Both the position numbers and the translations under genes were made by a program. The notes under the pieces are model-generated. The model did no database searches and had not been told where the DNA came from. It saw nothing but the letters and a program-made list of their open reading frames with translations. This document shows positions 31,410 through 43,699 of a stretch of 64,000 nt of DNA, one piece after another; within the stretch, counting starts at the first letter, position 1; the number at the start of each line of letters is the position of its first letter. Source of the DNA: the human T2T-CHM13v2.0 reference genome, Homo sapiens; assembly GCF_009914755.1 (NCBI RefSeq), contig NC_060934.1, one strand, 5' to 3'.

Positions 31410-32122
31410 TGTGTTCGGAATTGGTTTCTTCCGGTGGGTTCTTGGTCTCGCTGACTTCAAGAATGAAGCCACGGACCTGAACAGTGAGTGTTACAGTTCT
31501 TAAAGATGGTGTGTCCGGAGTTTGCTCCTTCAAATGTTCAGATGTGTCCGGAGTTTCTTCCTTCTGGTGCGTTCGTGATCTTGCTGACTTCAGGTGTCAA
31601 GCTGCAGACCTTCACAGTGAGTGTTACAGCTCTTAAAGGTGGTGTGTGCAGAGTTGTTCATTCTTCCCGGTGGGTTTCTGGTCTCGCTGGCTTCAGGAGT
31701 GAAGGTGGAGACCTTTGGAGTGAGTGTTACAGCTCATAAACGTAGTGCGGACCCAAAGAGTGAGCAGCAGCAAGATTTATTGTGAAGAGCAAAAGAACAA
31801 AGCTTCCACAGCGTGCAGGGCAACCCCAGTGGATTGCCACTGGTGCGCAGGAGGCCAGCTTTTATTCCCTTATTTGGCCCCGCCCACATCCTGCTGATTG
31901 GTCCATTTTACAGAGCGCTGGTTGGTCCACTTTACAGAGTGCTGATTGGTCCGTTTTACAGGGTGCTGATTGGTCTGTTTTTACAGAGTGCTGATTGGTG
32001 CATTTACAAACTTTTAGCTAGCCACAGAGCGCCGACTGGCGCATTTACAATGCTTCAAGCTAGACAGAAAAGTTCTCCGAGTCCCCACTGGACCCAGGAA
32101 GTCCAGCTGGCTTCACTTCTCA
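31410..32122 (-). mobile_element. Solo LTR12, 713 bp, sense to CUBN
   Basis: TSD AGAT (31406-31409 and 32123-32126); CCAAT repeats; TATA-like box 31861-31866; AATAAA 31776-31781. Confidence 0.93.
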
Positions 32123-35100
32123 AGATCATATTTTTAAATTACACATGTTGAGTCATGTTTTAAAATGATAACATCAACAACAGTAATAGTGAATGAGATG
32201 TCAATTAAACCAATGCACTAAGCGTTTAATCATATTTTCATTCACTCTTTACATGGCAAGATAGTTTATTTTTATCATAATATCTTCAGACAAATTTAAG
32301 ATTACATTTAGGTGGTAAAATCTATATTATTTATCCTGCATTCCTTCAATTTCATTATTTTGGTACACAGGGTCAAAATAGTCTATATTTGAGTAGCCTG
32401 TGGAACTAGGAGGAGAAAAAAATCAGGGACAGAGTATATTATTGTCATTACTGATCTACAGATTATCAAATTCTACTAACTCTTATAAGTGGTAGTTACT
32501 GTCCTCCACCAGATTTGTTCTGTTTGTGAGACAATGCTGCTGCCACCTGGCACTGCTTCCTCTGTTCCTCTGAGTACACAGTGCATTCACACAAAACAAG
32601 TCCTTGGATATGTAATGTTTGAAACAAATATGGCAACATTTAAGTCAATGGTCGAAAAGAGAAACCTCTGGGGACAAAAATTCAGGTTCTACGCTGAACG
32701 TCACATTTGTTCTGAGTTGGCTTAGAACTCAAGTTTCTACACTTCATTTTTGGCTGCTATGATATTTGAAACTGAAAAAAAAAAGTGTGGTTTTGGTTTT
32801 TGTGTCATACGAAAAAGTGTGGAATCCCCTGCAAAGTACATGCATTCCTCTATTGGGGATATTGTTGCCAGGGAACCAGAACACAAACAGAAGTTTCGAG
32901 AAAGCCCTTTCTTTGGCCCAGATCTCAAGGACTGTTATTACAAATTGTGCAATCTGTGATTTGGGAAGGTCATGGTGGTTTGAGGGTTATTTTTTTTTCT
33001 TTTTATAACTGTTTCAAAGAGTGGCAATAGAAATAGAACTCCAACTTTTTCAAACAGTGGCGACATGGGAATGGGGAGGCGAGACTCCTGAGAGGCCCTT
33101 GCTGGTGAAGAGACTCAGAGCCAACATGAGATGAAGGTCAACTGTGTGGATGTGTATTTACTGCTGTCGTCAAGGAGGCAGAAATGTCAGGAGTGAGCTT
33201 TTCCACTCATTCTGAAAGGTCTGCATATGCACAGCTTTAATGCTGCCTCTGATCATTGGGACCTTGCTGGAGAAACTCTGAAGTCAAGGCCAAAAGAGCT
33301 GTGGGATTTTCTTAGTCACTATCCCAACTTTACAACAAGGAGTTATTTAGAAACAGATTTCTTAGAAATGAGCATCGTCCATTAAGAATTTCTTTGCAGA
33401 AAAGATATAAGTGAAAATTTGTCATAAATACAAATCAGACTCAGTATCACGATGCAGAAACCTGTGCTTTGGTTCCACACTAAGAAGGAACTCATTTCCA
33501 GTCTCCATGCTTAAAAATATTTTAAGAGTATCACAAAGACAAAAGCCCAAAATATCAAATAGGCTGAAAAAGCCATCATAAACAGGATGGGATATAGCAT
33601 GTATAAATGTGAGAGAAAGAATAGTCAGCATTTAGGGAAATATCTCTTAACTTAAACAGAGCTAGTTGTTTTTAAAAGCTTCTCTTTTACTTAAATTTCT
33701 ACCAAAACCAAGCAGGATTTCCTTATCTGACATCAAATTCTTGAGGTTACTTTGGAGGCGGATGGATGGGTGCTTTACCATTTCTCTCTGTGTGACATTA
33801 TGTCTATCACAGCCTAGCAGGAAGCGACACTGTGAAAGCAATTCCATTACCAACGGAGAGAAGGTCTGCGCCTGAGATTAGAACCAGACAGTGTGATTCA
33901 CAGCCCAGCCCTGTGAACCTGCGCTAGAATCTTTGCTGACCACAATTCATAAATCACTTTCATTGCCAACATCATACTTCCAGATTGTTGTGAATTTTTT
34001 CACCACGTGGCAGCAAGGACACACAATAATAAAAATTTTAAATTGAACATTTTTTGTTCAATAAAATTTTTTCGTTCAACAAAAGTTTTTTGTTCAATAA
34101 CAAAAAAGAGCCCTAAAATCATTTTCAAACTGGAAAACTTAGGTAATCATGAGTCTGTATTTCAAAGTTATAACTTTGAAGAAATTATTAGGAAGAGAGA
34201 ATGCGGCAATTGATCTAATATTTTCTGTGCCAGGATTTATCACAGCACTGGCCACATAGCCCTTGAGTGTCTTTGCTGAGGATTCATCAGAATGTTACTC
34301 ACCTTGGATCATCAGTTGTCTTGTCTCTGCAGACCGCTATTCCTCGCTCTTAGTAACCAGGACCCAGAATGGTCCCCTGGGGTTGCCTCTGTCACTGTGA
34401 TCTATGATGTCTCCAGTTGTAATCTCCTCCCTTGACATTTCCCACTCCATTGTCTAAAACAACAGTGGTTCCCTTTTCCTTACTACGTTAAGTTCACACT
34501 AGTCTAGCTGGCTTTGAGAATTCTAAAGAATCTAGCCCAGGAGGTCTACGAAGCCTCATATCCCACTGTCTTCATTACATCAGGCTTGTTTCTCTCTCTT
34601 TCTTGGCTCATGCTTATCCAGGCACCATCTGTCATTTCTTGTCCTGATCATTCTTCAAGGGCTCTAAAATCTCACAGAGTCCGTGAAGATTTTCCCCAAT
34701 GACTTCCAGCCTCCTTACTAGCCTTGCAATAGGCACCTCACAGTTCAGCACTTCTGTTAGTTTTCTACACCTGCTTCCTAACTGATCATGCTCAGCTTGA
34801 AGACAAAGACTAACGTGGTATTTCTTTCATATGCCTAAAAATACCTTGCACAGTTTTGGATATATATTTCATCATGCTCACAACTCCAAATTCACCAACA
34901 TGTAGTTTATTCCAAAGTCTCTTTCTCTGGCCCAAAACCTCACCTAATTTTTATACTGACACCAGCAATTGCTGAAAGGATACATCCCCTGAACATCTCA
35001 AATTCAGCATGTTCAAATAGAAGCTCACAATTTTCCCCCAAACATGGTCTTTATCTGGGATTTCCTATCTATGAATAATGGCACCACCATGCACCAAATC

Positions 35101-35207
35101 ATACACCGCAGGAAAACGGGAGCTATCCATGATTCCTTCTTCTGTCTCCCAGATTGACACACATCTACTCCACCATCAGATCTGCCCATCCTACCTTCTA
35201 AATAGCT

Positions 35208-35491
35208 CTTTTTTTTTTTTTTTAGCAGAATCTCACTCTATTGCCCAGGCTGGAGCGCAGTGGTGCCATCTTGGCTCACTGCAACCTCTGCCTCCCAGTT
35301 TCAAGCTATTCTCCTGCCTCAGCCTCCTGAGTAGCTAGGATTACAGGCACGCACCACCACAGCTGGCTAATTTTTGAATTTTTAGTAGAGATGGCGTGGG
35401 CCAGGCCAGTCTCAAACTCCTGACCTCATGGTCCACCTGCCTTGGCCTCCCGAAGTGCTGGGATTATAGGTGTGAGCCACTGCACCCAGCC
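35208..35491 (-). mobile_element. Alu (AluS)
   Basis: TSD ctaaa(t/c)agctc. Confidence 0.93.
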
Positions 35492-35772
35492 CTAAACAGC
35501 TCTTTAATACGCTGCCTCACCCACTACTCATTTCCTTTCTCCCTGCTCTGACTAGTCACCAAACTCTCAGTCTCTTCCTCTTCTTGGGCATCCCTCTACT
35601 TGCCAGAACTCTTATTCTAAAGTGTACTTCTGTTTGCATCACTAAATTTCCCACTTAAAAATCCATTGGTGGTCTTTCCCTGATGGCAGGATAAAATCCA
35701 AATTCTTGTGATGTTTCCTATCAGTTGGTTTCTGATAACGTGTCCTGCGTCAACTTCTATCACTCCCTTTCC

Positions 35773-35999
35773 CTAGTGTTTCTCACCTTTTGTTCATTAT
35801 CAGCCCCCTAAGGAGATTGTTCGGACATTTTTTTCCAAATTCTCAACCATGAAAATTTAATACCACAAGTATATTGCATATCTGTTATGTACTGTATATC
35901 TTTATGCTTTATACATTAAAGAGTAAGAATTTCTTAATCCCCCTACCAAGAGCCAATTTTACCTCCTTGGAGTTGATACTGCCCCAATGGAGAATGCAG
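35773..35999. mobile_element. hAT-type MITE (MER96B-like)
   Basis: tagtgtttctca start and catgaaaatttaataccaca internal block; family assignment from recall. Confidence 0.55.
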
Positions 36000-36310
36000 A
36001 GAATGTGTGGTCTAGCTGAAGGACTTGCTCTTTGCAAAACTTTTGTGCCCTCACACCTTGCTGCTTCTACTTAGAAAAGCCTTCCTCTCCCAGATATTTG
36101 TCTGATCAATTCTTGCCCATTCTTTAAAACTCAGTTCAAATGTCAAAGCTGCCTGGAGGTCTCTTTGAACTTCCGCAGGCTGTCCTAGCTATTTTTTTCT
36201 GTGTTCCCATGGCGTCCTGGATTATGTATATATTTCTACACTTGGTTTACCTGCCTTGCCTACTCTATGACTAACTCCCCAAAGTCAAGAATGTGATCTC
36301 CTTCCTTTCT

Positions 36311-36704
36311 GGTATGGGCTGAATTGTATCTCTGCCAAAATTCATATGTTGAAGTTCTAACTCCCAGACCTCAGAATGTGACTGTCCTCGGGGATAGGGC
36401 CTTTAAAAAGAGGCAATTAAGTTAAAATGAAGCTGAATGGACTGTAATCCAATCTGACTGGTGTCCTTATAAGGAGCAAATTTGGACACACAGAGCTATC
36501 AGGATGAACACACACAGAGAAAACACCATGTGAGGACACAGGGAAAAGGCAGCATCCGCAAGCCAAGGAGAGAGGCCTCAGGAGAAACCAACCCTGCCGA
36601 CACCTTGACCTTGGACTTCCAGCCTCCAGGAGACAGCACACTTCTGCTGCTTAAGCCTCCCAATCTGTGGCATTTTTGTTACGACAGCCCAAGCAAATTA
36701 ATAC
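36311..36704 (+). mobile_element. MaLR solo LTR (MLT1A-like)
   Basis: aaattcatatgttgaagttctaac...ccctgccgacaccttgaccttggacttccagcctccag. Confidence 0.85.
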
Positions 36705-38408
36705 TCTCTATATTTAGACAACAAGCCCAAAATATGTGCTGGATGGTTGGTTGAATGAATGAAAAACTTCTTCTCAAAAAATATCTGCTGGCAGAGGTTA
36801 TGTGTAATTGACATGTAAATAATCATGTAATTAACATGATTCACAGTTGTAGCTGCCTGTTCATTATAGGCTGGGTCCAGCAGATCTTCTCCTAGAGCCC
36901 AGCTTACTCACCCTCACACCCTAAGGCATTTTCTCTCACACAAGACAAGTGGATAACAGAATTACAAAAGATAAAACCTTTGTCTTTAAAGGGTGAACCT
37001 CCCAGAAATCGTACTACATGTACTCTAAGTCACAAAAGGAATAAAATTTTTGAATGAGAAGGAATTCCCCCGAAAGACCAGTGATAAACAAAGGCTAATG
37101 AAAGACCACTCGAGAGAAAGAGACCTGGAGCAAAGATCTAACTTTAAGAGAAACACTGCCGACCTCATGGCGGTTTTCTGCCAGTGCTCTAAAGATGTTT
37201 TTTAAAAGCCCTTTGGTACAGTGCCTCATGCCCACAGGTAGTCAAGAAGGCACTGGCTTACATCCAAACCGAGCCAGTCATAAAAGATGTTGACACGGTT
37301 TTTAAAATGTTCTCTTCTAATTTCTGAAACTTCTCAAGGCTTGAGAAATCTCCTTAATAGCTAAAAGGAAGATAAAATGGACCCAGCCCCCATTTGAGAG
37401 GCTGATGTCATCTATCTTCCCAAAGAAAAGGCCACTTTTTCCTTTGTGGAAATCCTGGGTGACATCACCTCCTGATCACATGCCCCTTAGCCCTGCTCCT
37501 GCAAGCTCCCAGCTGAAGGGTTCGCTCCCTTTGCAAATGTCACTCTCTCGCTCACAAAGCTCCTTGACCTTGTTTGTATGCTGGATTCCATCACTAAGTG
37601 AAAGAAGGCTTCTGGGAGCAACGACCAGAAGAGGCGAGGGGGTCTGTGCAGCTGGTTGGGAGGCCACTTTTCACACAGCCTGCGGAAACTTCTGTATTCC
37701 CCACCCCTATCCCCCACCCCCTCCCCCTGCAACCCAGATGGAGGCCTCCAAGGCTGAATTCAGCCGCTGGACAATGCTGTCAAGGCTGAATACCATGAAC
37801 CGATTAGAGACAGGGCAACTGTGGCCATTTCTTTATTTCCAGGGTGGGGCCCTCTTTGAGGACCCGCATAAAAGGCCCTGCAATGTTACTTTGTCTCATG
37901 TCTGCATGGCCATGTTCAGAAAGAGCCCACAGATAAAGCCTCGTTGTAGATCCGTTTTCTTAAAGCCAATAGAAGGTTTGTGTCGTTCACAAAGAAGCAT
38001 ATTTTGTAAATGCGTTTGTGTATGAACTGGGGAAATGAATGAAGTGTGTAGGAACTCTTCCTCAGAAGCAGTGCTCAGGAAATGATGTCGCTGCCAAGTT
38101 TGAACTCTCTGCTTGGTGTTTGGAGATCGTACTGCACAGTTTAGAAAAGAGTCCAGTGGGGAGGGTGGGGCAGGGGGAAGGGATTGCAAGGTGATAGGAT
38201 TCTGAGGAAAAGAGGCTAGGAGTTTAAAGCCACTTGACCTGGCCAGGGCACGAAGAGCAACTCCAGGACCAGCGTTAGCGGGGCTGTCCTGAGCCCTCCA
38301 CCTGATTCTGAGAACATCCCTTGCGGGGCTGTGCAAGGAGAAGCCTTTCTAATTATTTTCCTTCTGATATGTTACACACACTCACACAAATGCATTTAAG
38401 AATGTTAT

Positions 38409-38694
38409 GACCAGCTCAGTGGCTCATGCCTGTAATCCCAGCATTTTGAGAGGCCGAAGCAAGCAAATTGCTTAGCTCAGGAGTTTGAGACCAGCCTGGA
38501 AAACAGAGAAACCCTATCTCTACAAAAAATACAAAAGTTAACTGGGTGAAGTGGTGCACCCCTGTAGTCCCAGCTACTCAAGAGGATGAGGTGGGAGGAT
38601 CACCTTATCAAAAGGCTGAGGCTGCAGTGAGCTGAGATTGCGCCACTGCACTCTAGCCTGGGAAATAGAATGACACCTCGTCTCAAAAAAAAAA
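38409..38694 (+). mobile_element. Alu (AluJ-like)
   Basis: Diverged dimer with A tail. Confidence 0.9.
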
Positions 38695-38706
38695 TTACAA
38701 TTACAC

Positions 38707-38960
38707 TTGAGCATTGAGAGTAATTTTTACATTTATTTAGCCCCATGGCTGTAGAGTCCCTGCCCGTGTGTGGTGTGTGTGTGTGTGTGTGTGTGTGTGT
38801 GGTGTGTCTCTTGAGCACTGAGAGTAATTTTTACATTTATTTAGTCCTGTGGCTGTAGAGTCCCTCCCCGTGTGTGTGTGTGTGTGTGGTGTGTGTGTGT
38901 GTCTTGAGCATTGAGAGTAATTTTTAAATTTATTTTGGCCCCATGGCTGCAGAATCCCTG

Positions 38961-39003
<43 letters not shown>
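38707..39003. repeat. Three-copy tandem repeat (~95-105 bp), each unit ending in (GT)n
   Basis: Unit ttgagca(t/c)tgagagtaatttttacatttatttag..ggctgtagagtccct starts at 38707, 38811 and 38904. Confidence 0.95.
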
Positions 39004-40892
39004 TTAGCCACATTATGTGCTTAGCTCTGCAGCCACCTTGGCAGCGCTGTTTCTCTTCGACTCAGTTCCATCCTCTTGACTTCTCAGGTCCCTCGGGCTC
39101 TCCCCACTCCCTCCTATCACAGGGTCTTTCTTCTACCTGGAATCCTTTTCCTTATCCTGCTTGCCTAGTTAACTCCTGCTTATTTTTTAGGTTTTGGTTC
39201 AGAGGTCTCATTTGCGTGGAGATCATCCCTGACCTCCTGCTGGGCCCAAGTCAGATGCCCTGTGTGTGCCCGCTTGGCACTACTCATGGTTTTGATTTTC
39301 TATTTATTTAAGTGTGTTTTTGCGTGATGTCTGCTTCTCCCACCTAGCCTAGCTCTGTAGAGTAGAAACCAGGCCTGCTGGTCTGAGTCACTCTGTGTCC
39401 CCCGTCTCAGCACAGTACCTGGCACAAAAGACATCCTTAGTGTCTGTGGAATGAACAAATGCGTGAATGATACATCATGATTTACGTCTTGCATTTAACT
39501 CCAATGGATCAAAAATGGCGGGACCTCTCCCATGGAAGAGCTCGCCCTCTCTGTGGGCTCCCCTTCTCAGGTTATCTCAAACTAAAGACCTACTTCAGAT
39601 GCAGAGTATTGAACTCTGTGTACCTGTGGCATTGCATACCTGTAGAATATGATAGTCAATTTTGCACAGATCTAAATGACTAAAAATTCCTTTCCAGAAG
39701 TTTCCTCCCAAGTATAATTTACATATTGTGAGCAGCACAGAGTTAAAAAACAATTTTATATTTCGGTTCTGGTCCCAGCTGGCAACATTTTGTTGCATAA
39801 CTCTGGCTCCAAGTTTCCAGCAACTGGGAGAAAGTTTTGAAATAGTAAACAGGAAAGCAGAATAGACAGAGGGTGCCTTTGACTCTCCCAAAGGAAGACA
39901 GATTCCAAGTAGAACTGGTAGAAAAAAATGTTCCCAACATAAAACTCAGAGATTTCACCAGAATATTCAGCACATTGGCTGGAAGAGCCCATTGATACAG
40001 TAATCTGGGCACAGCCTGCCATGACCGTTCAATCAAGCTCCTTAGAGTGGCCTTGGGCTAGTAAGGCTAGAACAGCCTGGAGGGGAGAGGAAGCAGCCAC
40101 TTAGGAGAAAGTAATCAGCAAAATCACTGCCCTCCCAAACTCTCCATCCTGACTGTACGGATGAATCACTTAAGGAGCATTTAGAAATTAGCAATAGTCA
40201 GGGCCCCACTGCAGACCAACTGAATCCTGTCTCTGGATATTGGAACCCAGGCATGGGCACTTTTTAAAACTCCCAGGCAATTCCAATGGTGCATCTAGGA
40301 CTGAGAACACTCTCCAGGGCCCTGAGCCCAGGCTTCCTGGTTAACATTTCTTACCTTCTACACTTCTGTCCCTGGGGGAAAGTTCTCTCTGCTTTAGATC
40401 TTGCTATTATCCTACTGTCATTAAAACAAACAGTACAATGTGCCCTTTCAACATCTCAGAAGGATTCTCCAGTCTCTAGGGATACTGTCTTTCTACCATC
40501 TCATTTCTCCAGTCTCAACACTTGCTCTCACCTTGTTCCTCAGAGCGGTCCATAGAGCAGCACCAGCAGCATTACCCGGGAGCTTGTTAGAAATGCAGAT
40601 TCACGGGCCTTGCCCCAGACCCCATCCTCTATCCAACAAGATCCCCAGGGTTCATGTGCACAGGAGCATCTGGGTAGCACGTATGCTCTGGAGAATGCCC
40701 CAGCCCTTGAAATTCTGGGCCATTTCCCAGGATTCTCCTGACCTTTCTGTCTCTTTTCACACTGTCTCTAGTTAGAATCATGTGTTTCAGAATCACGGAA
40801 TACTACAGATCATCTGTATTATAGAGATGAATCAATCCAATCCCTGCATTTAACGGATCCATGAGTTGACTTAGGTTGAATCTACCCACTTG

Positions 40893-41191
40893 GGCCAGGT
40901 GCAGTGGCTCACACCTGTAATCCCATCACTTTGGGAGGCCAAGGCAGGAGGACTGCTTGAGCTCAGAAGTTCAAGATCAGACTGGGCAACATAGCAAGAC
41001 CTCAACTCTACTAAAAAAAAAAAAATGCCAGGTGCAGTGGTACACACCTGTAGTCTCAGCTACTCAAGAGGCTGAAGTGAGAGAATCACTTAAGCCTCAG
41101 AGCTCAAGGCTCCAGTGAGCTATGACCAGGACACTGCACTCCAGTTTGGATGACAGAGCAAGATCCTATCTTGATAAATAAATAAATAAAT
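40893..41191 (+). mobile_element. Alu (AluJ-like)
   Basis: Dimer with (TAAA)n tail; flanks atctac(c/t)cacttg. Confidence 0.9.
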
Positions 41192-41721
41192 ATATAAATA
41201 TCTACTCACTTGATGAAGAGGAAGGTCCAGAACTTCTACAAGCTTAGTTATCACAACTCATTTACTTTGGGAATTCCTAATGTACGTTTCAAGCTGCAAG
41301 TAGCTCTGTGGATGACCACTGACTATTTTTAAATACTGAAAGCCCCATACATATTTTAACAGACATACACTCAGAGCCCAGTTTATAATCTCAGAACGCC
41401 TAGCACTCCTAAGTGTATAATAGGGCTATTCAGTTATAAGTAGCTCTGACATTCCTATAATGAGTGCACCAGAATGTGAACAATGTTAAGAGTCAACCAC
41501 TGCACACATTCATGTGTGCTCAGCTAGAGCTCAGCCCTGATTTTGACAGCAGGGCCACAGCTTAGATGTCTATGCTTGGTTCCTGGTATAATCTTGGAAC
41601 TCCACTTCTCTTTCCAGTTGATTGAAATACACCAATGAGCTCTAGCATCATGGTTGAGAACTACTGCTATGAGACCCACAAGCACTACATGTTCCAGGGC
41701 TAGATCACTCTAAGACAGTAG

Positions 41722-42465
41722 TGTGTCTGGAATTTATTCCTTCTGGTGGGTTCTTGGTCTCGCTGATTTCAAGAATGAAGCCACGGACCCTCACAGTGAG
41801 TGTTACAGTTCTTAAAGATGGTGTGTCCAGAGTTTGTTCAGATGTTCAGATGTGTCCGCAGTTTCGTCCTTCCAGTGGGTTCGTGGTCTCGCTGACTTTA
41901 GGAGTGAAGCTGCAGACCTTCACCATGAGTGTTACGGCCCTTAAAGGTAGTGCGGAGTTATTTGTTCCTCCCGGTGGGTTCGTGGTCTTGCTGACTTCAG
42001 GAATGAAGCCGCAAACCTTCACAGTGAGTGTTACAGCTCATAAAGGTAGTGTGAACCCAGAGTGAGCAGCAGCAAGATTTATTGTGAAGAGTGAGAGAAC
42101 AAAGCTTCCACAGCGTGGAAGGGGACCCGAGCAGGTTGCCGCTGCTAGCTCGGGTGGCCAGCTTTTATTCCCTTATTTGGCCCTGCCCACGTCCTGCTGA
42201 TTGGTCCATTTTACAGAGCACTGATTGGTCCATTTTACAGAGCGCAGATTGGTCCATTTTTACAGAGTGCTGATCGGTGCGTTTACAAACCTTTAGTTAG
42301 ACACAGAGCGCAGATTGGTGTGTTTTTACAAAGTGCTGATTGGTGCATTTACAAACCTTTAGCTAGACACAGAGCGCTGATTGGTGCATTTACAAACCTT
42401 TAGCTAGACAGAAAAGTTCTCCAAGTCCCCACCTGACCCAGAAGCTCAGCTGGCTTCACCTCTTA
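41722..42465 (-). mobile_element. 3' LTR (LTR12 family), 744 bp
   Basis: Preceded by polypurine tract AGAGGGGGGAT; CCAAT repeats; TATA-like box 42164-42169; intact AATAAA 42078-42083; three U5 repeats. Confidence 0.95.
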
Positions 42466-42521
42466 ATCCCCCCTCTAAACAGGACACCCCAACTGCTGCT
42501 GGGAATTGGGTGATGACCACT

Positions 42522-43110
42522 CTAGCTACTTCCCGCTGGATAGGGGCAAAGAAGGGGCCCTGAAGTTGTAGTGTCCTCCAGAGGGGAACTCTTTAGGCTA
42601 ATGAAAGGGCCAGTGGGTCGGTCCAGGGGTCCTTGATAGAAGTTGTTAGTTGAGCTCATTTGGGGTTCCATTTGTAAGACCATCTGTAGCCTGATGGCCT
42701 TGATTCTAGAGGAAACAAATTTGACAAGGAGGTTAAAAATACAGGGCCCGAAGGCAAGTAATAGCAAGATGGCTGCCATGGGACCTAGAAAGGGGAGAAG
42801 CCATATTGCCCAACTCCAGAGGTTGGTATAAGAGTTTGAAAGGCATTGTCTGATATCAGAAGCTTTTTCCTGTAAATGCTGCGTGGCATCTCGTACTATC
42901 CCTGACTGGTTAGTGTAAAAGCAACACTCTTTCCCAAAGAAGGTGCAAAGTCCTCCTTTCTCAGCAGTGAGGAGGGTCTAGGCCTCAGCAGTTTTGGAGA
43001 GTCACTGCTGCCGAAGAGTCTATTTGGGATTGTAGTTACTATCCTTACTGGACAGATTTTGTTATTTCTTGCAAACTGTCTGAGAAATGCTTTGAGAGTG
43101 TGTGGTAGTA
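42522..43110 (-). pseudogene. env: HERV9 env remnant: TM subunit only (ISD damaged, CX6CC, TM helix, tail)
   Basis: Frame open from LLTAEKGGLCTFFGKECCFY (~42975) through WLLPFLGPMAAILLLLAFGPCIFNLLV to stop at 42522; SU deleted. Confidence 0.9.
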
Positions 43111-43699
43111 GGATAATGCATGTTACACTGTTAACTTTTAGCAAACTCTACGTTAGTAGAAAACCTTGTAAGTTTGGGATTTTAATTTTTCTTTGCTATT
43201 AATAAAACCTCATTCCATCCATATTAACTTAGAATTGGTATAGATGGCTCCTTCCTGATTCTGTAAGTACTTTAAGATTTGGCTGAGTGAAAACAACTTG
43301 CACATTTGAGCAGACCAATTATTGGGCAATTTTCCTAACTCTGCTTCCATAAGAGTTTCCTGAATACCCATTGTGTCTTTTTCCTTAATCACCTGGGAGG
43401 AACCATCTATATCCTGTCCTGAAGGGAGCTCCTCCTATGTCTGGTGGGACCTTTGTATGGTAATTAAGATTTAGATCCCCTGTTAGGAAACTTGCTGGGT
43501 TAAGGATGTTTGATAGGAATGCTATGGGTTGTCAGTGGCCTCAGTGCTTTCAGGTTATGCCCTTGTTTACACTGACAACAAGGTGGTATTGGAGTGTTAC
43601 AGAGTTACAGAGAAGACCTTCAATTATCTATTATAGGTTTTAAATTTACCCTGGCTTTTAAAGGAATAGGGTACACTGTTTTTTCTTTACTACTTCTAT

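Noticed and set aside
36821-36912. 8-bp hairpin aatcatgt..acatgatt and nearby donor G|GTGAGT (36912)
   Set aside because: Expected by chance in AT-rich DNA; no convincing paired acceptor
37405-38025. 206-aa plus-strand ORF
   Set aside because: No recognisable domain or splice context; consistent with a chance ORF
38707-39003. CRISPR-like repeat-spacer array (also the LTR12 CCAAT repeats)
   Set aside because: Eukaryotic intron; the spacers are GT microsatellites or LTR-internal repeats; no cas genes
42522-43110. Syncytin-like functional env gene
   Set aside because: SU is deleted and the ISD has stops and a frameshift; only the C-terminal ~150 codons are open
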